Source of the DNA: Dinoroseobacter phage DS-1410Ws-06
Strand: one strand, 5' to 3'
Length of the DNA: 32,000 bases
Sequence record: KU885988.1
Below the pieces are notes generated by a model that saw only the letters and a program-made list of their open reading frames with translations, ran no database searches and was not told the origin of the DNA. Positions 20,454-28,942 of the stretch are shown piece by piece. Numbering within the stretch: position 1 is the first letter of the stretch; the number at the start of each line of letters is the position of its first letter. A program made the position numbers and the translations under genes.

Positions 20454-22820
20454 ATGGGTGAAGCACACTTTGACCAACCCATATCCGAGCAGATTTGGAA
20501 CCAGAAGTACCGTTTTCAAACGGATCGTGAAGGTTTCGAATCTGATAAGGATGTGGTCGATACATGGGGTCGTATTGCAGGAGCAACAGCAAACGTTCCA
20601 CGTCTCCATAACCAACCTGATGTCATCGCAGAGATGGAACAACAGTTCTTCAATGCTCTGTATGGCTTCAAGTTTCTTCCCGCTGGTCGGATCAACTCCG
20701 GTGCTGGGACGGAACGCAACGTGACTCTCTTCAACTGTTACGTCATGGGTACAATCCCTGACAGTCTTGCAGGGATCTTTGATCACCTGAAAGAAGCAGC
20801 ACTGACGATGCAGCAAGGTGGTGGCATTGGCTACGACTTCTCGACGCTGCGTCCTATGGGAGCACCTGTCAGGGGCGTGGAGAGCTTCTCCAGTGGCCCT
20901 ATCTCCTTCATGGATGTCTGGAACTGGATGTGTAAGACCATTGAGTCAGCAGGCAATCGTCGTGGAGCTATGATGGCAACAATGCACTGTGAGCATCCTG
21001 ACATCAAAAACTTCATCACAGCCAAGCAGGATCCTACACGTCTCCGGCACTTTAATGTGTCTGTGTTGGTGACTGATGCCTTCATGGAAGCTGTGAAGAA
21101 CGACGATGACTGGACACTTCACTTCAAAGGTGAAGTCTACGAGATCGTCAAGGCTCGTGAACTGTGGGACATGATCCTCCAGTCCACCTATGACTACGCT
21201 GAGCCGGGTGTGATCTTCATCGACCGGATCAACAAGCAGAACAATCTGTGGTTCCTCGAAGAGATTCGAGCCACGAATCCCTGTGGTGAGCAACCTCTGC
21301 CACCGTATGGTGCTTGTCTGCTTGGTTCGATCAACCTGCCACGGTTTGTGTTCAGTCCTTTCACTCAACAGGCTCAGACTGACTGGCAAGAGATGGAAAA
21401 GACTGTACGTACAGCCGTGCGGATGCTCGACTGTGTGATCGACACGTCCAATTTCCCTCTCGAAGAACAGCGTAAAGAGGCTTTCTACAAGCGTCGTCAA
21501 GGTCTGGGTGTCACTGGTGTGGCAGACATGCTGTTCATGCTGGGGATGAAGTATGGTTCCGGTGAAGCTGTGGCCTTCATGGATCGTCTCATGAAGAACA
21601 TCGCTATCTGGGCCTACGAAGAGTCCATTGAGATGGCCAAGGAATGGGGTCCAGCACCTTTCGCTGAAGACCATGAGAACCGTGCCAAGCTCTTGCAGTC
21701 TCACATGTTCCAGATTCTGCCTGAACACATTGGCGAAGCCATGATGAAGTACGGTATCCGGAACTCTCACCTGCTGAGTATCGCTCCGACTGGGACGATC
21801 TCCATGTACGGTGGGAACGTAAGCTCCGGTATCGAGCCTATCTTCTTCCCAGAGTACAGCCGAAACATCACCAATGCAGATGGAACCAAACGCACAGAGA
21901 AGGTCATGACTTACTGTGTTCACAAGTTCCACGAGCACTTTGACAACAAAGAACCATTCAATGGTGATGCCAAAGACTGGTGGTGGAGTCAGTACATGGT
22001 GACTGCACAGGATCTCGATCCAGCACACCACATCCACATGCAGGGTGCAGCACAGAAGTGGATTGACTCGTCGATCTCCAAGACTGTGAACATCCCTGTG
22101 GATTACAGCTTTGATGACTTCAAAGCCGTGTACGAACTGGCCTATGACAAAGGCTGCAAGGGCTGCACAACCTATCGTCCGAACGACGTGACAGGATCCA
22201 TTCTCTTCATTGAAGAAGAGGAAACCAAAGAAGATCCTGAAGTTCTCGTCGATGAGGAATACGATGGGGACATGCGAGTCATGGCACGTCCTGCTGTCAT
22301 GGATGGTTCGACCTACAAAATCCGTTGGGGTTCAGACAGTTACTACGTCACCTTCAACAACACGATTGATCCAGAACATGACTGGTTCATGCCATTCGAG
22401 ATCTTCATCAACAGCAAGACTGTCGAACACCACCAGTGGACGGCTGCCTTGACCCGTATGATCAGTGCCGTGTTCCAACGCGGTGGTGACGTGCGATTCG
22501 TTGCTGAAGAACTCAAGCAGATCCACGACCCTAAAGGGGGTCAGTGGCAGGAAGGTCGTTACTGGCCTTCTTTGGTTGCTCTGATCGGTCAGAAGCTGTC
22601 AGAGCACCTCGACGTAATCGGGTATCAATCGACCCCCGAAGAGAGTGATGATGAGTTCGATCCAAATGCTATGGACGTTCGCATCTATCATGGAGAGCCA
22701 ACAGAGCAGTCGCCCGGTCAGTCAGTCCCTGACCAATGCCCTAGCTGCAAAGGCTTTAACATGGTCACTGTCTCAGGATGCCCGACATGTCAGGACTGTG
22801 GCTACAGCAAATGTGGCTGA
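20454..22820 (+). CDS. nrdJ: Class II (adenosylcobalamin-type) ribonucleotide reductase
   Basis: ATG at 20454 (MGEAHFDQPISEQIWNQKYRF...) has AGAGG 8 nt upstream. The track start at 20406 is TTG. The active-site loop is 'ATNPCGEQPLPPYGACLLGSINL', with 'GGGIGYDFSTLRP' also present. The C-terminal Cys tail 'CPSC...CPTCQDCGYSKCG' is typical of NrdJ-type enzymes. Confidence 0.85.
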   Translation: MGEAHFDQPISEQIWNQKYRFQTDREGFESDKDVVDTWGRIAGATANVPRLHNQPDVIAEMEQQFFNALYGFKFLPAGRINSGAGTERNVTLFNCYVMGTIPDSLAGIFDHLKEAALTMQQGGGIGYDFSTLRPMGAPVRGVESFSSGPISFMDVWNWMCKTIESAGNRRGAMMATMHCEHPDIKNFITAKQDPTRLRHFNVSVLVTDAFMEAVKNDDDWTLHFKGEVYEIVKARELWDMILQSTYDYAEPGVIFIDRINKQNNLWFLEEIRATNPCGEQPLPPYGACLLGSINLPRFVFSPFTQQAQTDWQEMEKTVRTAVRMLDCVIDTSNFPLEEQRKEAFYKRRQGLGVTGVADMLFMLGMKYGSGEAVAFMDRLMKNIAIWAYEESIEMAKEWGPAPFAEDHENRAKLLQSHMFQILPEHIGEAMMKYGIRNSHLLSIAPTGTISMYGGNVSSGIEPIFFPEYSRNITNADGTKRTEKVMTYCVHKFHEHFDNKEPFNGDAKDWWWSQYMVTAQDLDPAHHIHMQGAAQKWIDSSISKTVNIPVDYSFDDFKAVYELAYDKGCKGCTTYRPNDVTGSILFIEEEETKEDPEVLVDEEYDGDMRVMARPAVMDGSTYKIRWGSDSYYVTFNNTIDPEHDWFMPFEIFINSKTVEHHQWTAALTRMISAVFQRGGDVRFVAEELKQIHDPKGGQWQEGRYWPSLVALIGQKLSEHLDVIGYQSTPEESDDEFDPNAMDVRIYHGEPTEQSPGQSVPDQCPSCKGFNMVTVSGCPTCQDCGYSKCG

Positions 22821-23075
22821 TCTAAACCTCTGGGTGCTCGGCTATGGAAACACCGAGCGGCGTAGAACGATTGGAGCTTAGCGGCCCTCTCAGTCGAACG
22901 GAGATATGTGTATCTTCGCCCGGTCCAGTTTAGGGCATGGTTCGTGTCTAGTATAGCTCCTTATCGGTGCTACCACGAGCCTACTGATCAGGTGTCCTGT
23001 TTCCCCCTCGTGGTCATCCATATGGATTCATGACCCAGTGGCCCTTGGGGGAGACGAACACCTTGGAGAAAAACC
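22821..23075 (+). other. 255-nt non-coding, hairpin-rich spacer (possible ncRNA, leader or origin-like element)
   Basis: This is the longest gap in the window. Stems seen: GCTCGG/CCGAGC (22836-41 / 22853-58). CGGAGATA-TGTG-TATCTTCG (22899-22918). ACCACGAG/CTCGTGGT (22972-79 / 23007-14). GGTCAT/ATGACC (23012-17 / 23030-35), which shares nt 23012-23014 with the previous stem. Long-range GGAGCT/AGCTCC (22873-78 / 22955-60). Palindromes CTGATCAG (22984-91) and CCATATGG (23018-25). Confidence 0.4.
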
Positions 23076-23450
23076 ATGATAGAAATCAGCTACGACAATG
23101 TGATGAATTGTCTAAACAAAGGCTGGCACTCGACATCCATTTGTCCAACCAACCAATCAACTGACTGGCTTTTCCAGAGAGCAATAGACCTGTGGTACAT
23201 CAAAGGTTGGAGCACTGTGAAAAGATCAGAAAGATCAATTGAGTATGGGATTACCGTAAACCCCACACTCACCATCAGATTCAAAGCCATCGACAATATG
23301 ATTCACTCTAATTGGCGTGGTTTTCGTGGGGTGTATCTTGTACATCCCGACTTCTTTAATGGGAGATTTCCCATAGACGGAGAGAAGCAACAGTTTCTCG
23401 ACGAGATTGACATGCACAACGAAAGGTATCTCGAAGAATGGCAAGCCTAA
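23076..23450 (+). CDS. Hypothetical protein (124 aa)
   Basis: GGAG (23065-23068) lies 7 nt before the ATG. Three 60-nt lines I counted here were about 40-48% GC, against about 45-53% in two other lines. There are several AGA and ATA codons. No nuclease or other motif recognised. Confidence 0.5.
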   Translation: MIEISYDNVMNCLNKGWHSTSICPTNQSTDWLFQRAIDLWYIKGWSTVKRSERSIEYGITVNPTLTIRFKAIDNMIHSNWRGFRGVYLVHPDFFNGRFPIDGEKQQFLDEIDMHNERYLEEWQA

Positions 23451-24715
23451 ACCAAGATCAACGAGATGCTTTTGCAGACGTTCTGAACTTCATCAATGAC
23501 CCGACACGCAAATATCACCGGGTCTCCGGTGGTGCAGGTGTCGGCAAGAGCTTCTTCATCTCCAAGATCGAGCAAGACATCCTGAAGCATCAGGGTCCAA
23601 ATGCTGGTCTTCGATATGTGGCAGTCACAGCCACCACAAACAAAGCAGCAGCGGTGTTGAAGAACACCATGCAGCACAAACGTTCTGAGATCTGCACGAT
23701 CTACAGCTACATGAATCTCCGGGTTCACAATGACTATCAGACCGGTGATCAGAAGGTTGTCCCCACTGCCAAGTGGGAGATCCATACCAAGACTCTGATC
23801 ATCGTGGATGAAGCGTCGATGGTGAACCGTTCCCTGTTCGATTACATCGAGAAGGGTACAGATTCGACCTGTAAGATCCTGTTTGTTGGTGACAAAAACC
23901 AACTGGCTCCAGTACGGGAACACATTTCTCCTGTCTATTCAAACTCTTACACTGAGTCTCAGCTACTCACGCCAGTAAGACAGTCTGGACAGCAAGCACT
24001 GATGGACCTCGCTGACATGGCGAAAGACACAGTGCTCACCGGGAAGTTCCACAAGATCAAAGAGGTTCCGGGGGTAATTGACTTCATCGACGGTCCGACT
24101 ATGAAAGGCATCTTGGAACGTGAGTATCACACTGAGGATCCTTCCAAGCGTGTGCTCTGCTACACCAACGCCAAGGTGATCGGATACAATGAGTACATCC
24201 GACAGCTTCGTGGGTACGAAGAACCCTATGCAGTGGGAGAGATGCTGACCAATAACTCGGCAGCAGAACTCGTGGATAAGACACGGCTCTACACTGACCA
24301 AGTGGTTGAAGTCCTTTCGAAATCTCCTCTCCGTGTGGACACTGACTGGGTTCCCGGAGAGGAACTCGAAATGTACGATCTAGAGGTTCGTGATCCTGAG
24401 ACTTTCGCCATCTATGATGTGTCAGTCACAGCAGATCCTGAAGATCGTGCAGAGGTTCTGAAGTATTGGAAGTCCCGGAAGAAGTGGGATCGGTTCTTCA
24501 AGTTCCGTGACAACATCCCAGACCTTCGCTCCGTGGCTTCGTCAACGACTCACAAGGCACAGGGTTCTACCTATGACTCTGTGATCGTTGACCTCGCAGA
24601 CATCGGTAAGAGCACCAACGCTGAGCAGACAGCACGTCTTCAGTATGTGGCTCTCACCAGACCCAAAGAACGTCTCTACATCCGTGGAGAACTGCCAGAG
24701 AGGTATTTCGAATGA
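23438..24715 (+). CDS. SF1B Dda/RecD-like DNA helicase
   Basis: Walker A 'SGGAGVGKSF'. Motif II 'LIIVDEASMV'. 'LFVGDKNQLAPV'. 'TTHKAQGSTYDSVIVD'. 'YVALTRPKERLYI'. Confidence 0.85.
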   Translation: MASLNQDQRDAFADVLNFINDPTRKYHRVSGGAGVGKSFFISKIEQDILKHQGPNAGLRYVAVTATTNKAAAVLKNTMQHKRSEICTIYSYMNLRVHNDYQTGDQKVVPTAKWEIHTKTLIIVDEASMVNRSLFDYIEKGTDSTCKILFVGDKNQLAPVREHISPVYSNSYTESQLLTPVRQSGQQALMDLADMAKDTVLTGKFHKIKEVPGVIDFIDGPTMKGILEREYHTEDPSKRVLCYTNAKVIGYNEYIRQLRGYEEPYAVGEMLTNNSAAELVDKTRLYTDQVVEVLSKSPLRVDTDWVPGEELEMYDLEVRDPETFAIYDVSVTADPEDRAEVLKYWKSRKKWDRFFKFRDNIPDLRSVASSTTHKAQGSTYDSVIVDLADIGKSTNAEQTARLQYVALTRPKERLYIRGELPERYFE

Positions 24716-25020
24716 GCAACATGGAATTCTTTATCGGTCGTTTCGAAGAGATCGACCGTGACGAAATCAACATCGAACCAGAAGACACAGATGACTTCTA
24801 CGAAGAAGAAGAACGCCTCGGCTATCACATTGTGAAAGTCGAAGGAAAGCTCTTCAAATTCTGGGGCATCGCTGAGCTTGATGAGTTTGGTTTCAACACC
24901 ACAATTCCTCAGCAAGATGGTCCCTTGGTCGTGTGCTACTGGTACAACGGTGGGGCTGGTCTTCATGAGGTTGTCGAAGCAGCCATTAAGGAGACGCTCA
25001 ATGCTGGTAAAGGAAGCTGA
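24712..25020 (+). CDS. Highly acidic hypothetical protein (102 aa)
   Basis: ATGA overlap with the helicase stop. N-terminal acidic run 'EEIDRDEINIEPEDTDDFYEEEE'. By my count there are about 23 D/E against about 10 K/R. Confidence 0.5.
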   Translation: MSNMEFFIGRFEEIDRDEINIEPEDTDDFYEEEERLGYHIVKVEGKLFKFWGIAELDEFGFNTTIPQQDGPLVVCYWYNGGAGLHEVVEAAIKETLNAGKGS

Positions 25021-25330
25021 CAGCTACACTGTCCGAATCTGGATCGCTGGAAACTACGCCAGAGCCGAAGAGATCTGCCGTGAGTTCTGTGAACAAGGCA
25101 TGTGTGTCTCCATCTGTCCGATGAACTACATCTACACAGGTGGAGAAGAGAGTGGCGTCTGCGTCACTCTCATCAACTATGCTCGGTTCCCAAAACCACA
25201 GGAAGACATCGACATTCTTGCGGAAAACCTTGCAGAGAGACTGCGAATCGGTTTACACCAGCAGTCCTTCACCATTGAAGATCCAGATCGAACGAGATTC
25301 TTCTCGGTGAGGCCAGAAGACACGGGGTAA
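25001..25330 (+). CDS. Hypothetical protein (109 aa)
   Basis: Internal ATG at 25001 (MLVKEADSYTVRIWIAGN...) gives a 20-nt overlap with the upstream gene. The track start at 24878 would overlap by 143 nt. No motif. Confidence 0.5.
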   Translation: MLVKEADSYTVRIWIAGNYARAEEICREFCEQGMCVSICPMNYIYTGGEESGVCVTLINYARFPKPQEDIDILAENLAERLRIGLHQQSFTIEDPDRTRFFSVRPEDTG

Positions 25331-25334
25331 CATC

Positions 25335-27950
25335 ATGAAGTACGAGATCATTGGTAAGGGCGGTCCTGCCCGTATTGCTATCTTGGTTCCACGAATCCAA
25401 GTCGCTGAAGTCAAGAAGCATTACATGCCAGTTCTCGAAACCCTGAATGAAGAGGTGATGATCTGTGATCTGTTCATGGATCGAACCAAGAAGAAGACAT
25501 CGCAGAAAGACATCAAGGAATACCTTGCAGATCTGCTGCCGAATCTCACAAATTCAGGGATCGAGTTCCTGATTGTGACGCAACCGGACTACTTCAAAGT
25601 CCTGACAAAGCAGGGGAAAACCGATGCAAACATTGGTGACATCTTTGATGCGGAAGCTGGGTTCAAAGCAACCTACTGCCCCAACTACTCCCGTATTTTC
25701 TACGACCCGGAGAAAACCAAAGGAAAGATTGACCAATCTCTCCAAGCCGTTGCCAGCTTCTACGCCGGATCCCACAAGAAAGTCGGTTCTGACATCATTA
25801 AGACCGCGCTTTACCCTGCTGCCACAGCCGACAAACTCTGGTGGCTCGAACAACTGATCACAATGGATGTGGATCTGACCTGTGACATCGAAGGCTTCGA
25901 TCTGAAGCACTACGATGCAGGGATCGGAACCATCACATTCTGTTGGAATCAGCATGAAGGTGTGGCTTTTGAGATTGATTGCTGCTCGACCAAAAAGGAA
26001 AACGTCATCCTTCGAGCAGCACTGAAGAAGTTCTTCAAGGACTTCAAACGTCGAATGATCTACCACAACGTATCATATGATGCGTATGTTCTGATCTATC
26101 AGTTGTTCATGGATCATATCCTTGATCAAGAAGGTCTCTTGGAGGGACTAGAGGTGATGCTGAAGAACTGGGAATGCACCCAGTTGATCACTTACCTCGC
26201 CACAAATTCCTGTGCTGGCAATGAGTTAGGTCTCAAAGCTCAAGCACAGGAGTTTGCTGGAAACTATGCAGTGGAAGAGATCCACGACATCACTCAGATC
26301 GAACTGAGAGATCTGCTGGAATATAATCTCGTTGATGGTTTGAGCACTTGGTATGTCTACAACAAGCATTGGCAGACCATGCTCGACGATAAGCAATGGG
26401 ATATCTACCAGCGATTCAAAGAGTGGACCGTGGACATCATCCAGATGCAGCTAACCGGTCTGCCTGTGAACATGGATAAGGTGGTTGCTCTCAACAAGCA
26501 GCTTAACCAAGAGTCCGACAGGTGTGTTCGTCGCATGATGCAGACCCAGATTGCCCAAGGCTTCCTGTACCAACTGGAAGAAGAGGCACTGGAGAAGAAG
26601 AATGCAAAACTCAAAACGAAACAGGTATCGAGATCTGACCTCGGAAAAACAAAAGATCTGGTGGTCGAATTCAACCCCGGATCCGCAGTACAGTTGCAAC
26701 GGTTACTCTATGCTCCTGAGTTTCTTGGGCTTCCTGTTCTTGATACTACCGATTCTGGACTACCTTCTACTGGGGCAGACACTCTTGAGAAACTTCTCAA
26801 GCAGTCCATAAGCGAAGAGACCAAGGGATTCCTTGAGATCCTGCTGGAGTTCAAAGCCTCAGCCATCATCATCAACACGTTCCTGCCAGCCTTCCTGAAG
26901 GCCAAGCAAGGACCAGATGGTTGGCATTACCTGTTCGGTAACTTTCGACTGGGTGGGACTCTCAGTGGTCGTCTGTCTTCCAACAATCCGAATCTTCAGA
27001 ACATTCCATCCTCTGCTGGTGGACCGCTGAAGAGCAGACTTGCCAAGCTGGTCAAAGAATGCTTTGAAGCTCCTCCCGGATGGTTGTTTGTTGGTTTGGA
27101 CTTTGATTCGCTTGAGGACCGTATCTCAGCCCTGACAACCAAGGATCCTGAGAAGCTGAAGGTCTACACCGACGGCTATGATGGTCACTCACTCAGGGCT
27201 TACGGGTACTTCGGAGATCAGATGCCAGACATCGACCCCTCTTCTGTGGATTCGATCAACAGCATCGCAAAGAAGTACAAACCACTGAGACAGGAATCGA
27301 AGGCTCCGACCTTTGCCCTGACGTATCAAGGTACGTTCCACACGTTGATGAACAACTGTGGTTTCAGCAAAGAGAAAGCTCAGATGGTGGAGAGCAAATA
27401 CCGTAAGATGTATGCGGTCTCCATCGAGTATGTGGACAACAAACTGGAGGAAGCCACACAGACAGGCTACGTCACTGTAGCGTTTGGGTTGCGTGTTCGG
27501 ACTCCCTTGCTTGCACAGACTATCCTTGGCACGGGTAAGACCCCCAAGGAAGCCGCAGCAGAGGGCAGGACGGCAGGTAATGCCATGGGTCAGTCGTACT
27601 GTATGCTCAACAACAGAGCCGCTGCTGCCTTCATGAAGAAGGTGAGAGCCTCGAAGCATAGACTGGACATCAAACCATGTGCTCACATCCATGACGCTCA
27701 GTATTATCTGGTCAGAGATGATGGTTTCGAACCACTCATCTACATGAACAAGCATCTCCCTGAAGAAGTAGCTTGGCAGGATGACCCAGAAATCTGGCAT
27801 GACGAAGTGAAACTGTCTGGTAGTGTGGAGATCTTCTGGCCCAATTGGAACCATGGTTTCGATATCCCTAATGGGGCTGGGCAGTTCACAATCGTAGACA
27901 AGATCATTGAGCATAAAGAAAAGCTCAGAAAAGAAGGGGTAATCCAATGA
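25335..27950 (+). CDS. Family A DNA polymerase with 3'-5' exonuclease domain
   Basis: Exo I 'TCDIEGFDL'. Exo II 'YHNVSYDAYVL'. Exo III 'EYNLVDGLS'. Pol motif A 'VGLDFDSLEDRISA'. Motif B 'RQESKAPTFALTYQG'. Motif C 'CAHIHDAQY'. Confidence 0.9.
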   Translation: MKYEIIGKGGPARIAILVPRIQVAEVKKHYMPVLETLNEEVMICDLFMDRTKKKTSQKDIKEYLADLLPNLTNSGIEFLIVTQPDYFKVLTKQGKTDANIGDIFDAEAGFKATYCPNYSRIFYDPEKTKGKIDQSLQAVASFYAGSHKKVGSDIIKTALYPAATADKLWWLEQLITMDVDLTCDIEGFDLKHYDAGIGTITFCWNQHEGVAFEIDCCSTKKENVILRAALKKFFKDFKRRMIYHNVSYDAYVLIYQLFMDHILDQEGLLEGLEVMLKNWECTQLITYLATNSCAGNELGLKAQAQEFAGNYAVEEIHDITQIELRDLLEYNLVDGLSTWYVYNKHWQTMLDDKQWDIYQRFKEWTVDIIQMQLTGLPVNMDKVVALNKQLNQESDRCVRRMMQTQIAQGFLYQLEEEALEKKNAKLKTKQVSRSDLGKTKDLVVEFNPGSAVQLQRLLYAPEFLGLPVLDTTDSGLPSTGADTLEKLLKQSISEETKGFLEILLEFKASAIIINTFLPAFLKAKQGPDGWHYLFGNFRLGGTLSGRLSSNNPNLQNIPSSAGGPLKSRLAKLVKECFEAPPGWLFVGLDFDSLEDRISALTTKDPEKLKVYTDGYDGHSLRAYGYFGDQMPDIDPSSVDSINSIAKKYKPLRQESKAPTFALTYQGTFHTLMNNCGFSKEKAQMVESKYRKMYAVSIEYVDNKLEEATQTGYVTVAFGLRVRTPLLAQTILGTGKTPKEAAAEGRTAGNAMGQSYCMLNNRAAAAFMKKVRASKHRLDIKPCAHIHDAQYYLVRDDGFEPLIYMNKHLPEEVAWQDDPEIWHDEVKLSGSVEIFWPNWNHGFDIPNGAGQFTIVDKIIEHKEKLRKEGVIQ

Positions 27951-28942
27951 AAAAGATAACGAACCAGCACCACATTGATTTGCCCATTGCTGTCTGGCTT
28001 CTCCAGAACGGCTACAACAGCGGTGCTGCTGATGCTCCAGAGGGTGAACTGATCTCAGTCACCACTCTGATGAAACCTACCCGTAGGCTCATTCTAGAGC
28101 GTCAGGTGGACTACGACAAAGAAGTGATGGATGTCAGTGATCTGACAGCCTCACGCATGGGACATGCCCTTCACGACTCCGTAGAGAGGGCTTGGACCGA
28201 GGGCGACTGGGAGGAGGCGATGCGGCGTCTCCATTATCCACAGTCAGTGATTGACCGGGTTAAGATCAATCCAGATCCCTCGCTGATCGGTGAGGATGAT
28301 ATACCCATTTACCTTGAGCAGCGCCGGTTCAAGGAAGTTGGAGGAATCATTCTCACCGGTCAGATGGATTTCGGCATCAACGGTGCATACCGTGATGTGA
28401 AGAGCACCTCGACTTTCAGCTACACCAGTGGCTCGAAAGATCAGGATTACATCCTGCAAGGCTCTTTGTATCGTTACATCATGCCAGAACTCATCTGGCA
28501 GGATAAGATGAGAATCGAATTCATCTTCACTGACTGGGCCAAGTATCGAGCCAAAGTGGATCCCAATTATCCACAGGCTCGTGTGGCTCACAAAGAGTAT
28601 CCTCTGATGTCTATCGAGGACACTGAAGCGTGGGTTCTGGATAAGATCCGGGACATCAAAAAGAACGCTAAGCATGTGAAAAACCAAGACAAAATGGTTC
28701 GTTGTAATGACAAAGAACTGTGGCGTCAGGAAGACACATACAAGTATTACGCCAACCCTGAGACTGCCAAGAAAGGTGGTCGTGCAACGAAGAGCTTTGA
28801 TAAGCTCGCAGATGCTCAGCTTGAAATGAACAAGCGAGGGAAAGGCACCATCGTCACCGTACCGGGTGAGGTCAAAGCATGTGAGTATTGCCCTGCTTTC
28901 CCGGTTTGTGAACAACGCAAGGAGTATTTCCCAGATGACTGA
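27947..28942 (+). CDS. PD-(D/E)XK (RecB/Cas4-like) nuclease with C-terminal Cys cluster
   Basis: ATGA overlap with the polymerase stop. 'GQMDFGINGAYRDVKSTS' (D...D-x-K core). 'QGSLY' (QxxxY). Four Cys: one in 'MVRCNDKE' and three in 'CEYCPAFPVC'. Confidence 0.75.
   Translation: MKKITNQHHIDLPIAVWLLQNGYNSGAADAPEGELISVTTLMKPTRRLILERQVDYDKEVMDVSDLTASRMGHALHDSVERAWTEGDWEEAMRRLHYPQSVIDRVKINPDPSLIGEDDIPIYLEQRRFKEVGGIILTGQMDFGINGAYRDVKSTSTFSYTSGSKDQDYILQGSLYRYIMPELIWQDKMRIEFIFTDWAKYRAKVDPNYPQARVAHKEYPLMSIEDTEAWVLDKIRDIKKNAKHVKNQDKMVRCNDKELWRQEDTYKYYANPETAKKGGRATKSFDKLADAQLEMNKRGKGTIVTVPGEVKACEYCPAFPVCEQRKEYFPDD

Noticed and set aside
20946-22037. 363-aa antisense ORF inside nrdJ. Similar antisense ORFs occur at 16921-17937 (rIIB), 27189-27947 (polymerase), 28244-28915 (nuclease), 4277-4858, 10122-10745 and 12995-13552.
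   Set aside because: Same reasoning as above. Each lies opposite a well-supported + strand gene and has no recognisable domain. All convincing genes are co-directional.
20454-22820. Possible intein or intron in nrdJ, and likewise in the polymerase (25335-27950).
   Set aside because: Both ORFs are continuous and of ordinary length for their families. Catalytic motifs appear in normal order, with no inserted endonuclease or Hint-like block that I could see.
22873-22960. 88-nt segment closed by GGAGCT/AGCTCC and containing a GGTTCGTG T-loop-like string, considered as a possible tRNA.
   Set aside because: It cannot be folded into a cloverleaf. There is no 7-nt anticodon loop (the central hairpin has a 4-nt loop), no D-arm, and the TTCG-containing segment lacks a 5-bp T-stem.
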